64,000 nucleotides of DNA, taken from contig CAVYGN010000001.1 of the NCBI GenBank assembly GCA_963768055.1, positions 1,120,001-1,184,000 of the forward strand, given 5' to 3'. Each line of letters begins with the position of its first letter. The stretch's first letter is position 1. The stretch comes from an uncultured Spirochaetota bacterium. GTDB lineage: Bacteria; Spirochaetota; Brevinematia; Brevinematales; JAOACQ01. This document shows, piece after piece, positions 9,389-19,834 of this stretch. The notes beneath the pieces were generated by a model, which was not told where the DNA came from, did not search any database, and worked only from the letters and a program-made list of their open reading frames with translations. The position numbers were made by a program, and so were the translations under genes.

Positions 9389-11197
9389 TTATTGAGGTCC
9401 TGCCGGCTTGTAGACGGCCTTATTTTTAAAATAATAATTTATTAGTTCGACTGCTATCGGAGCCGCCTCTGCCGAACCGCCCCCGCCATGATCAATAACT
9501 ACCGTAACGGCGATTAAATTATCTTTATTCGTTTCACCATACGGGGCGAAAGCGGTAAACCAGGCATGAGTTTGCTGATCTTTTCCCGCCTCTCCGGTAC
9601 CTGATTTTCCCGCGATCGGGATCCTTGAAGCGTCTTTTATCCATTTGGCGGTACCGTAAGTAGTTACACCATACATACCTTTTCTGAGAACATCGATCTG
9701 GTCAACGGATAGATTTATTGTTCTCAGGACTTCATTCGGAATATTTGTTATTACCTTATTATCGGAAATTGAGAATATTTTTTGAAGCAGATGAGGCTTC
9801 ATCATGACTCCGTCATTGGCAATAGCCATTGTCAGTGCATTCACTTCAACGGGGGTTATAATGAGATCTCCCTGGCCGATAGATATGTTTGCCGTATCGC
9901 CGTTCTGCCATGGACGGTTATATTTCTTTTTAATATAGTCCATATCAGGTAAAAACCCAATGCTTTCACCTGGCAGGTCGATTTCAGTCTTTTTATTGAC
10001 ACCGTAATTTTGTGCAAAATACATTATTTCGTCCCTTCCCACCGAAAGGCCGGTTGTATAAAAATAGACGTCGCAGGAATTGGCTATGCCGCCTATGAAA
10101 TTCTGGACATGATGCACGTCCCAGCATTTGAACATTCTATTGCCGATCCACATAAATCCCTGGCAGTTTACTGTTTTGTTTAGCGATACACCTGTTTTTA
10201 ATGCGGCTGACGCAGTGATAAGTTTGAAAATGGAGCTTGGGGGATATAGGCCCTGTATAACCCTGTTAAGGAAGGGCTTATCGATGTTGTTTGTCAATTC
10301 AAAAAATTCTTCTTCAGTAAAACGGTCTGTAAAAATATTGGGATCGAATGAGGGTTTTGAAACCAGGGCTAATATTTCTCCTGTCACCGGTTTTGAAACA
10401 ATGACGGCCCCGGTCCTGTCTCCGATAAGGTCATAAGCGAGCTCCTGCAGGTCCTGGTCAATGGTAAGGACAACGGCGTCACCTGGGACGGCTTCCTTGT
10501 CGATATTCTGATCGAGAACATTTCCATTAACATCGACAACCCTTTCAAGTATCCCCTCCTTACCCCTGATTATTTCATCATATTTTTTTTCTATACCCAT
10601 CTTTCCCACTATGCTCCCATAGTGAAATTCTTTGTTCACTTTGAATTGTTTCAATTCGTCCTTGCTGATAATCCCGGTATAACCGATAAGCTGGGCCGTT
10701 TTTTCCCTTTCAGGGTAAATCCTTCGGGGCCTGTTCTCGCATTCCAGTCCCGGATAAAGTTCATAATGTTCTTTGAACTGTATAAGGATTTTAGTGTCGA
10801 TGTCGTATTTCAGTATTACAGGAGTGTATTTATCAAGGGCCTGTTCATTGAGCATAGTCTCGATTTCATCGACCGGTATATTAAGAAGGCGGGAAACATT
10901 GGACAAAACCTGGAGCCTCTGGGAAGAGTTTTCAGGTAAATATGCCGGAGTCGCGATAACGGATAAAGATCTCCTGTTAAAAGCGAGTTTATTCTGGATT
11001 GTCCTGTCGAATATAACGCTCCTGAAAGCCGGAAGTTTTATGATCTGGGTCCTGTTTTCCATAGCCTGCTTGTAATATTCCCTTCCGCGGACAATCTGAA
11101 GGTAAAAAAGCCTGATGAATAACAATCCGGCCAGGGCATAGATTATGATGAATATCGTAAATAATCTGATTTTTGTTTTATAAGCGAGTTCCTGCAT
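9389..11197 (-). CDS. mrdA: Penicillin-binding protein 2 (class B transpeptidase)
   Basis: N-terminal TM RLFYLQI; SIFK (SxxK), SCD, KSG motifs; HAWFTAFAP. Confidence 0.92.
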   Translation of the reverse strand: MQELAYKTKIRLFTIFIIIYALAGLLFIRLFYLQIVRGREYYKQAMENRTQIIKLPAFRSVIFDRTIQNKLAFNRRSLSVIATPAYLPENSSQRLQVLSNVSRLLNIPVDEIETMLNEQALDKYTPVILKYDIDTKILIQFKEHYELYPGLECENRPRRIYPEREKTAQLIGYTGIISKDELKQFKVNKEFHYGSIVGKMGIEKKYDEIIRGKEGILERVVDVNGNVLDQNIDKEAVPGDAVVLTIDQDLQELAYDLIGDRTGAVIVSKPVTGEILALVSKPSFDPNIFTDRFTEEEFFELTNNIDKPFLNRVIQGLYPPSSIFKLITASAALKTGVSLNKTVNCQGFMWIGNRMFKCWDVHHVQNFIGGIANSCDVYFYTTGLSVGRDEIMYFAQNYGVNKKTEIDLPGESIGFLPDMDYIKKKYNRPWQNGDTANISIGQGDLIITPVEVNALTMAIANDGVMMKPHLLQKIFSISDNKVITNIPNEVLRTINLSVDQIDVLRKGMYGVTTYGTAKWIKDASRIPIAGKSGTGEAGKDQQTHAWFTAFAPYGETNKDNLIAVTVVIDHGGGGSAEAAPIAVELINYYFKNKAVYKPAGPQ

Positions 11198-11226
11198 TGA
11201 ATTTTTACCTCTTCAGGCCGGGCATT

Positions 11227-13221
11227 TTAAACGAGAGAAAGAGGGTCGATATCAATTTCCATATAGACGAAGCGCGAGTTCTTAATCTTTTTAACATCCT
11301 TCTTTAGCGATGAAATAAATATTTTGATTATTGCCGCATCTCTTGACTTGATAATTATATGATGCCTATAGTTATTTTTCAACTTTTCCAGCGGGCATGA
11401 AACAGGCCCCAGGATCTTTGCTTTTCCCTTGAATTCATCTTCATGTTCTGAAACCCATTTCTTTACTTGATCGGAAAATTCTATAAGCATACCCTTATCG
11501 TTACAGCGGAGAACAATCCTCCCAAGTCTTACGAATGGAGGATAAACGAAAGCTCTCCGCTTTTCAATTTCCATATTATAAAACGCCGGATAATCCTGTG
11601 CTGCAGACAATGTGATTGCGTAGTGATCGGGCATATATGTCTCGATAGCAGCTTCCCCGCGCTCATTACGCCGTCCGGCTCTGCCTATTACCTGTGTAAG
11701 CAGTACAAAAGTCCTTTCGACCGAGCGGAAGTCCGGAATATTCATTATGATATCCGGAAGAATTACCCCAACGAACTGGATTCCGGCAATATCATGGCCC
11801 TTTGCTACCATCTGTGTACCGATAAGTATATCAATTTCATGGTTTTTCATTCTTTGGAGAATATCGATATAGCTGTTTTTGCCCCTTGTAGTATCCAGGT
11901 CCATCCTTTCTATACGGTAATAGGGGAAATGATTTTTCAATATACTTTCAAGTTTTTCTGTTCCGCTCCCCAACTCTCTGATGTCGATATTTCCGCAATG
12001 AGGACATGAATCAGGAAGATTTTCGGCATAACCGCAATGATGACATATGAGTTTGCACATTTCTTTGTGATAGGTTAGCGAGAGATTGCAGTTGGGGCAT
12101 GGAAAGGCGTACCCGCAGTCCCTGCAGATCATGGATGTTGAAAATCCGCGCCTGTTTAAAAAGATAAGAACCTGATTTTTTCTGCCGATGGTTTCTATAA
12201 TTTTGCCAAGTAGTTCGCCTGTGATTATGTTTTTATTTTTTTCTTTCCTGAGGTCGGAAATTCTGACGGAAGGAAGAAGGTTATCGCCGTACCTTTTTTT
12301 GAGTTCGATCAGGTGAAAAACCTTTTTTTTAGCATAATAGTAACTTTCTACCTGAGGCGTCGCAGAACCAAGAACCAGGAGGGCATTATCGCGTTTTGAA
12401 CGGTGATAGGCTATCTGGCGGGCGTGATAACGCGGAGAATTCCCTGATTTATATGAATTTTCATGTTCTTCATCGATAATTATCAGGCCAAGGTTTTTAA
12501 CCGGCATAAATACAGCTGATCTCGGACCGATGACTATTTTCGATTCGCCCTTCAGGGCCCTCATCCATTCCCCGAGCCTTTCGCCGGGAGTAAGCCTGCT
12601 ATGGTAAATTGATACCTCGTCGCCGAAAGTGCTGTAAAAACGCTCGAGGGTCTGGGGAGTAAGCGATATTTCAGGGATCAGTATTATTGAAGCCTTGCCC
12701 ATTGACAGCATCTTTTTAACAAGATGCTTATATATTTCTGTTTTTCCCGAACCTGTAACCCCATGGATCAGATAAGTTTCGCTCTTGCCAATCCCGGATT
12801 CGATCGCTTCAAGCGCCTGCTTCTGCTCTTCATCAAGATTTGCAAGATTCCCCGTATATCTGAATGGATGAACGTATCTTTTATACTTTTTTGCGGAAGG
12901 GACTATCGCGGAGAGAGTTTCTCCGAATGGAGACAGGTAAAACCCGCTCATCCACCGTGCTATTTCCAGGACGCTTTCGTTTATAACAGGATATTCTTCA
13001 AGAATTTTCAAAACAGGCTTAATCTTTAGTTGTTTCAGGTTTTCAGGAATTGAGTCGAAAGCGACTTTACGTATTACAAAACCTGTTTCCTGCCGGCCCC
13101 TTAGATCGACGATCACCCTTTGAAGCAATTTGACATCCATATAATCGGGAATGGAATAATAATAAAGATCATCAACAGGAACGTTGACGGCGACCTCAGC
13201 GTAGAGATTGGGAATCTGCAT
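11227..13221 (-). CDS. priA: Primosomal protein N' helicase
   Basis: GVTGSGKTE, DEEH, four CxxC zinc motifs, GTQMVAKGHD, terminal DIDP. Confidence 0.97.
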   Translation of the reverse strand: MQIPNLYAEVAVNVPVDDLYYYSIPDYMDVKLLQRVIVDLRGRQETGFVIRKVAFDSIPENLKQLKIKPVLKILEEYPVINESVLEIARWMSGFYLSPFGETLSAIVPSAKKYKRYVHPFRYTGNLANLDEEQKQALEAIESGIGKSETYLIHGVTGSGKTEIYKHLVKKMLSMGKASIILIPEISLTPQTLERFYSTFGDEVSIYHSRLTPGERLGEWMRALKGESKIVIGPRSAVFMPVKNLGLIIIDEEHENSYKSGNSPRYHARQIAYHRSKRDNALLVLGSATPQVESYYYAKKKVFHLIELKKRYGDNLLPSVRISDLRKEKNKNIITGELLGKIIETIGRKNQVLIFLNRRGFSTSMICRDCGYAFPCPNCNLSLTYHKEMCKLICHHCGYAENLPDSCPHCGNIDIRELGSGTEKLESILKNHFPYYRIERMDLDTTRGKNSYIDILQRMKNHEIDILIGTQMVAKGHDIAGIQFVGVILPDIIMNIPDFRSVERTFVLLTQVIGRAGRRNERGEAAIETYMPDHYAITLSAAQDYPAFYNMEIEKRRAFVYPPFVRLGRIVLRCNDKGMLIEFSDQVKKWVSEHEDEFKGKAKILGPVSCPLEKLKNNYRHHIIIKSRDAAIIKIFISSLKKDVKKIKNSRFVYMEIDIDPLSLV

Positions 13222-13450
13222 AAAATTAAACCATGAACTAATGACGGCTTATTCTACCCATAATTCCCGTTAATATCAAGAAAATTACAAAAGTACTCGA
13301 AAAGGGTTGTAGGAACACCTGGTTTCCGGAACGGCAAGGAATAAAGCTCAATCCCTGAAAACCCGCATTTTCAATTACTATTTAATTTTATGTAAACGAA
13401 AACCGATGAATAATGAGCATTACGCCCATTTTTAAAGCAGGAAGTGGAAT

Positions 13451-15385
13451 TTGAATAAAAAGAACCTTCAGTCATCTTTATTCCTGATGGATTTTGTAGT
13501 TCTTGTAACAATATTCGTCTGTGTATTTCTTCTTTTCGAATTTGTAATCAATAAGATCCTGATAAATTACAGCATTGATAAATTTTATGACAGCATGAGA
13601 GGTACACAGTTCGATCTGAACAATTCTATTTCTTACCTTGAAGAGAAAAAGGAACTGACTTATACAAAATCCGCAGAAGATATCTTTAATTATATTAAAC
13701 TATCGACCTTAAAGAAGGCGAAATACGATAACAGCATTTTTGCAATTTTATTCCCAAAAGAAGAGGATTACCTTGTCATCGGCGAGAGAAAGCAACCGGA
13801 TATCAAGATCGACAAAAAATATATTACCTTTGATGATATTAAAAAAAAGCTCGAACAAAATACCGTAACTTCGAACAATAATTCGGCGAAAGATTATATT
13901 GAATTCAGCATCAGGGGTAAAAATTATATAGGCATTGCAAGCTATTCCGAATCCGGAATTCGGAAATCATTTGACAGGAAAAACAGCGATTTAATATATC
14001 CGATAATCGTAATCGCAGACGATAAGGGAGATTTTTTCTTTCTTCTGAACAGGGTAAGGAATATTTTTTTCGTATTGTTTTCTCTCGTATTCGGCATAGG
14101 CGCTATTTTTAAAATTTATAACACTATTAATATTACAAGGGAAATTTATGATATAAGGGACAGGATGCACAGGGCGGGCAAAGAAATCCGTGAAATGGGA
14201 TTGATCGGGAAAGAAAGCGAGGTCCTCAAGAAGAATTTCATTGAAACGGCCAACCTCGACGAATCATTTTCAGAACTCACAGGCGCTCTTATCGATCTGG
14301 GTGATATCATTTCCGGTATTGCCGACAGGGACCTTTTCACGGCCACTTTAAAAAAGGATGACAGCCTTCTAAAGCCCCATGATGAAATGATGACGATCAT
14401 GTTTCTCGATATACAGGATTTTACCGGCATCACGGAAAGACACAAAGATAATATAATGGGGATAGTCAATCATATATGGACCGAAGTGGAACATATCATC
14501 AGCAAAAATAAGGGAAAAATAAACAAATTGATAGGCGATGCGGCATTACTGATATTTCTGGACAACCAGAAGGATGGAAATATCAATTCCACAATTAACG
14601 CTTTCTATTCGGCCGTAGAGCTGCTCTCCAGAGTACCTGTAATCAGCAGGGATCTAGATATTAATTTTAATTTCAGGATCGGGCTGGATTACGGCAAGGT
14701 GACTTACGGCAAAACAGGCTCGGATAAGAACTATGAACTGGGTGTAATAGGGGATACTGTAAATACAGCTTCAAGACTGGAATCAATATGCAAGCAGTAT
14801 CACACCAATCTCCTGATAACGGATAACGTTTACAAAAACCTCACCCTTAAAACCAACCAGGAATACAATATCAGAAAGGATATTAACTCGGAAGACGATT
14901 TGTTTATCAGATTGTTTGCGGTTGATAAAGTCAGGCCAAAGGGTAAAAAGGAAGCAAAGGAAATTTTTACAGTGATAAAAAGGAAAAACAAAAACTTCGC
15001 ATTATTGGGGAATGAATCGTATTTCGATGTGGATTATTTTAATAGATACCATCAGTTTCTCATATTGTTCATAAACAGCATTCAGGAATGGCGAGATTAT
15101 TATATGAAAAAACGGGACGAAAATGAATTTCAATTAAGCGGGGAAACTATTGAACTACGGAATAAAGCTGAAAAAAAGTGGTCGGAACTTGTCAAAAATC
15201 TGGCTGAATTTTATTTAAGCTCGAAACTGCCTTTAGTGGAACATTTTATAAAGACAATATTAAAATTTGAAGAATATGACGAATTTTTAAAGGTACCCGG
15301 CGAATGGCTGAAAAAGGATATATACAGGGTAAAAGAACCCTCAAGCGACTGGATCGTGACGGGAACGGTTGAATTGGAAAAATAG
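13451..15385 (+). CDS. Membrane-bound class III adenylate/guanylate cyclase
   Basis: Two TM segments around a ~160 aa periplasmic domain; MFLDIQDFT, KLIGDA, RIGLDYG, GDTVNTASRLE; TTG start. Confidence 0.9.
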   Translation: MNKKNLQSSLFLMDFVVLVTIFVCVFLLFEFVINKILINYSIDKFYDSMRGTQFDLNNSISYLEEKKELTYTKSAEDIFNYIKLSTLKKAKYDNSIFAILFPKEEDYLVIGERKQPDIKIDKKYITFDDIKKKLEQNTVTSNNNSAKDYIEFSIRGKNYIGIASYSESGIRKSFDRKNSDLIYPIIVIADDKGDFFFLLNRVRNIFFVLFSLVFGIGAIFKIYNTINITREIYDIRDRMHRAGKEIREMGLIGKESEVLKKNFIETANLDESFSELTGALIDLGDIISGIADRDLFTATLKKDDSLLKPHDEMMTIMFLDIQDFTGITERHKDNIMGIVNHIWTEVEHIISKNKGKINKLIGDAALLIFLDNQKDGNINSTINAFYSAVELLSRVPVISRDLDINFNFRIGLDYGKVTYGKTGSDKNYELGVIGDTVNTASRLESICKQYHTNLLITDNVYKNLTLKTNQEYNIRKDINSEDDLFIRLFAVDKVRPKGKKEAKEIFTVIKRKNKNFALLGNESYFDVDYFNRYHQFLILFINSIQEWRDYYMKKRDENEFQLSGETIELRNKAEKKWSELVKNLAEFYLSSKLPLVEHFIKTILKFEEYDEFLKVPGEWLKKDIYRVKEPSSDWIVTGTVELEK

Positions 15386-15387
15386 TT

Positions 15388-16989
15388 ATGAATGACTTTA
15401 TGAATAAATCAGGGTACAGGATCGTTTCCTGGACTATTAATATTGCCGGAATGGCTGCAATATTTACCGCCCTGTATTATGCCGTATTTTTCTCATCGGT
15501 ATTGCTTCTTGAGGATAAAAAGGCTACTGTAAATATTACCGAAGGTAAATATATTATTAACACATTGGCTGAAGAATATGAGAATATATTAAAAGAAAAG
15601 GGGAAAAATCTCGATGTTGAAAAAATAAAATTGTTGAATCAAATAGAACTTGCAAAAAGTTACCAGGAGAAAGCTGCTATTGAAGCCCAGTTAAGAAAAA
15701 TTGAATCGGAAAAAAGAAATTTTGATGTTGAACTAAGCAATAATGAAAAACAGAAAAAAGAGATCGAGAATACTCTCAGGAGCACGCAGGTAAGCCTTGA
15801 ACAGACAAAAGAAGAGATAGCTAGATTGAATCAAAAAAACCTGGAACTTACAATGAAAAATCAGACCCTGGAATCAAATTTAAATAATTATTCCGAAAAA
15901 ATTCAAACCATGGAATCAAATTCAAAAAATTATTCGGAATCGGCAAGGAATATTGATAACCTTAAAAAAGAAGAGCAGGATATGGCGACAAATTATGAGG
16001 CTCAGCTGCGCGATGTTAAAAATGACAGAGATAAAAGAATAAATACGCTGTATCTGCAAAATGAAAAACTTGCAGCACAGCTGAATGAAGCCACAAACAT
16101 GCCCGCGAAGCAGGGGGGAGATGAATTTTTCCTGTTTAAACCCGAGGCTGTTAACAGCGATCCTGTGGTGTACAAGGGAAAAATGTATGTGGCATTAAAC
16201 AATCAGATGAAAATATTTTCAAAAGATGGTAAAATACTAAAAGCAATCGATTTGATCGGCCGGGATTTTAATTTAACAAGGCCTGTCATGAGCGATGGCG
16301 TTATATATTTCGGTTCTGATGCAGGCGGGATTATCGCATGCGATGAAACCGGAAAATTCTTATGGAAAGAAAAGGCCGGGAGTCAGATTTTCGGAGCTTC
16401 TCCGGCGGCCTCTTCAGGGATTGTCGCGGTTCCTTCGATAGATGACGGAATTTACATTTATGATAAAAAGGGGAAATTCATTGTGAAAATAACAACGGAA
16501 ATTCCAATATATTCAGCGCCGCTGATTATTGACCAGGGTAATAAATTAATCTATGCGGATGAAAACGGAGATATAGTCAGTTATGATATTGTCAAGAAGA
16601 CGCAAATCTGGATAAAAAATTACAGTGATAATTATACAGAGAGAATTCTCTATCCATTAATTGGGGACGATAAAAAAATATTTTTTTTCGGGTCATCGGG
16701 GAAAATGGGGGCAATAAATTCGAAAGACGGTTCCCTGATCTGGAATTCCGATTTTCCTGAAATTCAAAATACCCCTATAAACCCGCGTTTTTTAAACGGG
16801 AAAGTAATACTTGCCAACAATACGGGTAAATCCGTCGTAATCATCGTCAATTCGGATAATGGAAGCGTTGAATCGAAATCGACCATAGAAAATGAAAAAA
16901 TCACGGCACCGTATGTAAACGGGAGTTCAATATTTTTCGACACGGCATCCGGCAGCGTATACTCTTACAATTTCGCGGCGACAAAATGA
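15388..16989 (+). CDS. Membrane-anchored coiled-coil protein with PQQ-like (BamB-type) beta-propeller
   Basis: N-terminal TM, ~190 aa heptad-rich E/K/Q region, repeated sP(V)xxxGxVY...GxxxW blades. Confidence 0.75.
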   Translation: MNDFMNKSGYRIVSWTINIAGMAAIFTALYYAVFFSSVLLLEDKKATVNITEGKYIINTLAEEYENILKEKGKNLDVEKIKLLNQIELAKSYQEKAAIEAQLRKIESEKRNFDVELSNNEKQKKEIENTLRSTQVSLEQTKEEIARLNQKNLELTMKNQTLESNLNNYSEKIQTMESNSKNYSESARNIDNLKKEEQDMATNYEAQLRDVKNDRDKRINTLYLQNEKLAAQLNEATNMPAKQGGDEFFLFKPEAVNSDPVVYKGKMYVALNNQMKIFSKDGKILKAIDLIGRDFNLTRPVMSDGVIYFGSDAGGIIACDETGKFLWKEKAGSQIFGASPAASSGIVAVPSIDDGIYIYDKKGKFIVKITTEIPIYSAPLIIDQGNKLIYADENGDIVSYDIVKKTQIWIKNYSDNYTERILYPLIGDDKKIFFFGSSGKMGAINSKDGSLIWNSDFPEIQNTPINPRFLNGKVILANNTGKSVVIIVNSDNGSVESKSTIENEKITAPYVNGSSIFFDTASGSVYSYNFAATK

Positions 16990-17960
16990 TGAAATCAGGA
17001 ATATTTAGAACATTCATTGCCTTTTTATTCATCCTTGGATTTTCGAATATCTATTCCGAAATATCCAGAAACAAAATGATTTTCCTGCCCTTCAATAATA
17101 ATTCCGATTTAAAAATGTATGCAAATTCCGACCTTTTCCGTGATATATTTTCCCGTTCTCTTTATGCTTCAATAAGAAATTATTCAAATGAAAATTCGCT
17201 GAATTACTTTTTTGCGAGTGAAAATGGAATAGCCGCTTCAAATATTCAATCCTTCTGCGATAGTGAAAACGCTAGATTTGCCGTTTACGGCAATTACCGT
17301 TTCCAGGGCGATAAATCCAGCCCGAAAATCATAGTGGAACTGGCCGTTTATGACGCAGAAAAAAAGACGAACATTTTCAATAAAACCTACCAGACTGCGA
17401 CTGGCCAATCCGTATTTAACGATATTGATCTTATGATAGCCGAGGTCATTAAGAACGCAAAAGTTATAACGGGTAAAACCATCGTTATTTCTCCAACGAA
17501 TCAAACACCTGTAAATGTGTCGAATATTTCAGCGGCACCGGAATACGCAAAATTCCATACGCTTTTACTGACATTTGATTATGATATTGCGACGGTCGAA
17601 TTTCAATATTTTCTCGGCCGTTATTTCTGGTTTGGCGCCGGGACCGGTTATTCTATTTATACATCAGGGAATGCCGTTTATACATATACGTCGCCGATGG
17701 CCCAGGCGGGTCTTTTACTTGTCGGGGATATGCAGAGCTATTTCAGGCTTGGGGCCGGAATTATCGCAAGATGGGATATTGTATTCGCTCCGGCAGGAAG
17801 TCCGGCCTATACAAGTCCGGCCTTCCTTCAATATGAAACAGGCGCATTCATCGACATAGAATTCAGTATATTTACCATACAGCCGGAAGTATACATGGGT
17901 TTCGGTTCCGATGGAAAACCGGTCTTCTCTTCCACTGCAGCCGTAGGCCTTCATTTCTAA
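16986..17960 (+). CDS. Exported protein: TolB_N/CsgG-like N-domain plus C-terminal beta-barrel-like domain
   Basis: Signal peptide; IFLPFNN...AVYGNY...IVELAVYD pattern; Gly/aromatic strands ending VGLHF; ATGA overlap with upstream gene. Confidence 0.55.
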   Translation: MMKSGIFRTFIAFLFILGFSNIYSEISRNKMIFLPFNNNSDLKMYANSDLFRDIFSRSLYASIRNYSNENSLNYFFASENGIAASNIQSFCDSENARFAVYGNYRFQGDKSSPKIIVELAVYDAEKKTNIFNKTYQTATGQSVFNDIDLMIAEVIKNAKVITGKTIVISPTNQTPVNVSNISAAPEYAKFHTLLLTFDYDIATVEFQYFLGRYFWFGAGTGYSIYTSGNAVYTYTSPMAQAGLLLVGDMQSYFRLGAGIIARWDIVFAPAGSPAYTSPAFLQYETGAFIDIEFSIFTIQPEVYMGFGSDGKPVFSSTAAVGLHF

Positions 17961-19330
17961 TGCGATCCATTCAGGCTTATTTTATAAAAGAAAGGGGCTT
18001 TTATAGCACTTTTATTAAACTCGGAGTTCCGGTAGCCCTGCAGAATTTCCTTGCTGCATCCCTGGGTCTGATCGACAACATAATGGTAGGGCAGCTTGGC
18101 GACATCCCCGTAGCATCGGTAGGGCTTGCCAATCAATATTTTTTCGTATTATTTCTTGTAATGCAGGGAGTAGGCGGCGGTATAGCCCTCTTCGTTTCCC
18201 AATTCTGGGGGAAAAAGGATTTAAAACAGATCAGGAAGGTTATAGCTCTGGGCTTGACTCTCGCCCTGGGTTCTTCACTGCTTTTCTTTTCAGCCGCCTT
18301 TTTATTTCCACAATTCATAATAAGTTTGTTTTCCACTGATCAGAATGTCATCAAGCTTGGAGGCATATTCTTAAAAATCTGCGCATTCAGTTATATCCCT
18401 ATGGCGCTTAATTTTTGCCTGGCTGCGGCTCTCAGGAGTATGCATGAGGTCCACCTCCCTCTGCAGGCTAATATTCTCGGTATTGCAGTAAACACCTCCC
18501 TTAATTACCTTTTAATCTTTGGAAAATTCGGTTTCCCGGTTATGGGTGTAGCCGGAGCGGCAGTCGCGACTGTAATAGCGCAAGCTGTTGCCCTTTTCTT
18601 TTTGACCGTCCGTACTTATTCGAAAATGCCCGAATTATTCCGGAGCTTAAACCGTATTTTCGTTATTTCAAAAGACCTTATAAAAAGATTTGTTATTCAG
18701 ACAGGTACGATGATAGGTAAAGATCTCATCTGGGTTGTAGGTATATCCGTTTATATGGCTATATATGCAAGGATAAGCACCGATTCGGCAGCCTCGATTA
18801 ATATCACGAGTGTTGTGAGAAATCTTGCCGTAGTATTGTTCCAGGGTATCGCCAACGCCAGCCAGATCCTTGTAGGGAATAATATCGGGGCCGGTAATAG
18901 ATCTAAAGCATACCGGTACGCTTCGATGTTCCTGAAAATCACTCTCATACTTGGGGTATTATTCGGTTTAATAATTATTTTTACAAGATATCTTTTTTTA
19001 CTTCCCTATAATGTTTCCGAGAAAGTTGTTTCCGGGGCCGCAGGCGTCATGATGGTTTACGGCATTTTATTTATTTTCTATGTTTACAATATGGTTGCTG
19101 TAATGGGGGTTATGAGGCCGGGCGGGGATAATTTCTTCTGCGCACTCATGGATACCGTAGCAGTTTGGGTGATCGGCCTGCCGCTTGCTCTTCTGGCAGG
19201 TTTTATATGGAAAATGCCCCTCGAATGGGTGTTCGGGTTCATATCCATACAGGAAATAATTAAAACAATACTGCTCACATGGCGGTTCAGATCAGGGAAA
19301 TGGATCCACAACCTCGTGCATGATATTTAA
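17960..19330 (+). CDS. MATE family efflux transporter
   Basis: DNIMVGQLG, NYLLIFGKFGFPVMGVAGAAVATVIA, about 12 TM, terminal RFRSGKW. Confidence 0.93.
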   Translation: MRSIQAYFIKERGFYSTFIKLGVPVALQNFLAASLGLIDNIMVGQLGDIPVASVGLANQYFFVLFLVMQGVGGGIALFVSQFWGKKDLKQIRKVIALGLTLALGSSLLFFSAAFLFPQFIISLFSTDQNVIKLGGIFLKICAFSYIPMALNFCLAAALRSMHEVHLPLQANILGIAVNTSLNYLLIFGKFGFPVMGVAGAAVATVIAQAVALFFLTVRTYSKMPELFRSLNRIFVISKDLIKRFVIQTGTMIGKDLIWVVGISVYMAIYARISTDSAASINITSVVRNLAVVLFQGIANASQILVGNNIGAGNRSKAYRYASMFLKITLILGVLFGLIIIFTRYLFLLPYNVSEKVVSGAAGVMMVYGILFIFYVYNMVAVMGVMRPGGDNFFCALMDTVAVWVIGLPLALLAGFIWKMPLEWVFGFISIQEIIKTILLTWRFRSGKWIHNLVHDI

Positions 19331-19336
19331 CCCGCG

Positions 19337-19729
19337 CTAGAGTTTGTAAGCCGTCCATGTACCCGGGCCGGCGACGGGACTATTCATTGTCCCCGACATA
19401 CTGGTACTGGATCCCGTTCCGGTATATGTGGTATGGGGAGAGGGATATACCCATGAGATGCTGTTACCGTTTAAAGACCAGGTGCCGCTTCCGCCTTCAC
19501 TATCTGAAAATGACCCGTCTGCAGCGAAAGTAATGGTCGAAGATTCGGGTGAGTGACCCCCGCTCCACAAAATTGTAAGATTCCAGTTTCCAACGACGGA
19601 TATCGAAGGCGGCGACGAAGACGAACTGCCCGAGGAACCCGGCGAATTGGAGCATCCTGGTAAAGGAGTTAATAAAACTATTCCGAATATTATGATCAAA
19701 GCACAAAGAACTACGTTTTTTATTTTCAT
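19337..19729 (-). CDS. Small lipoprotein (Ser-rich linker plus small beta domain)
   Basis: Signal peptide ending LPG-C, poly-Ser linker, VVGNW...GTWSL; SD gagg. Confidence 0.7.
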   Translation of the reverse strand: MKIKNVVLCALIIIFGIVLLTPLPGCSNSPGSSGSSSSSPPSISVVGNWNLTILWSGGHSPESSTITFAADGSFSDSEGGSGTWSLNGNSISWVYPSPHTTYTGTGSSTSMSGTMNSPVAGPGTWTAYKL

Positions 19730-19762
19730 AACTCGCCTCTTTATAATCTCCCTATTGTCAGA

Positions 19763-19791
19763 ATTGTATCAACTATTATTTATTTTGTCAA
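19763..19791 (-). promoter_or_regulatory. sigma70 promoter for the lipoprotein gene
   Basis: TTGACA-N17-TACAAT on minus strand. Confidence 0.65.
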
Positions 19792-19834
19792 GAATACAGA
19801 ATACGGAATACGAATTAACTCGACGCGTATCGCA

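Noticed and set aside
13451..15385. Cyclase plus cNMP protein as a Pycsar system
   Set aside because: The cyclase is a two-TM receptor type and lies ~45 kb from the cNMP gene, which has no TM or TIR effector domain
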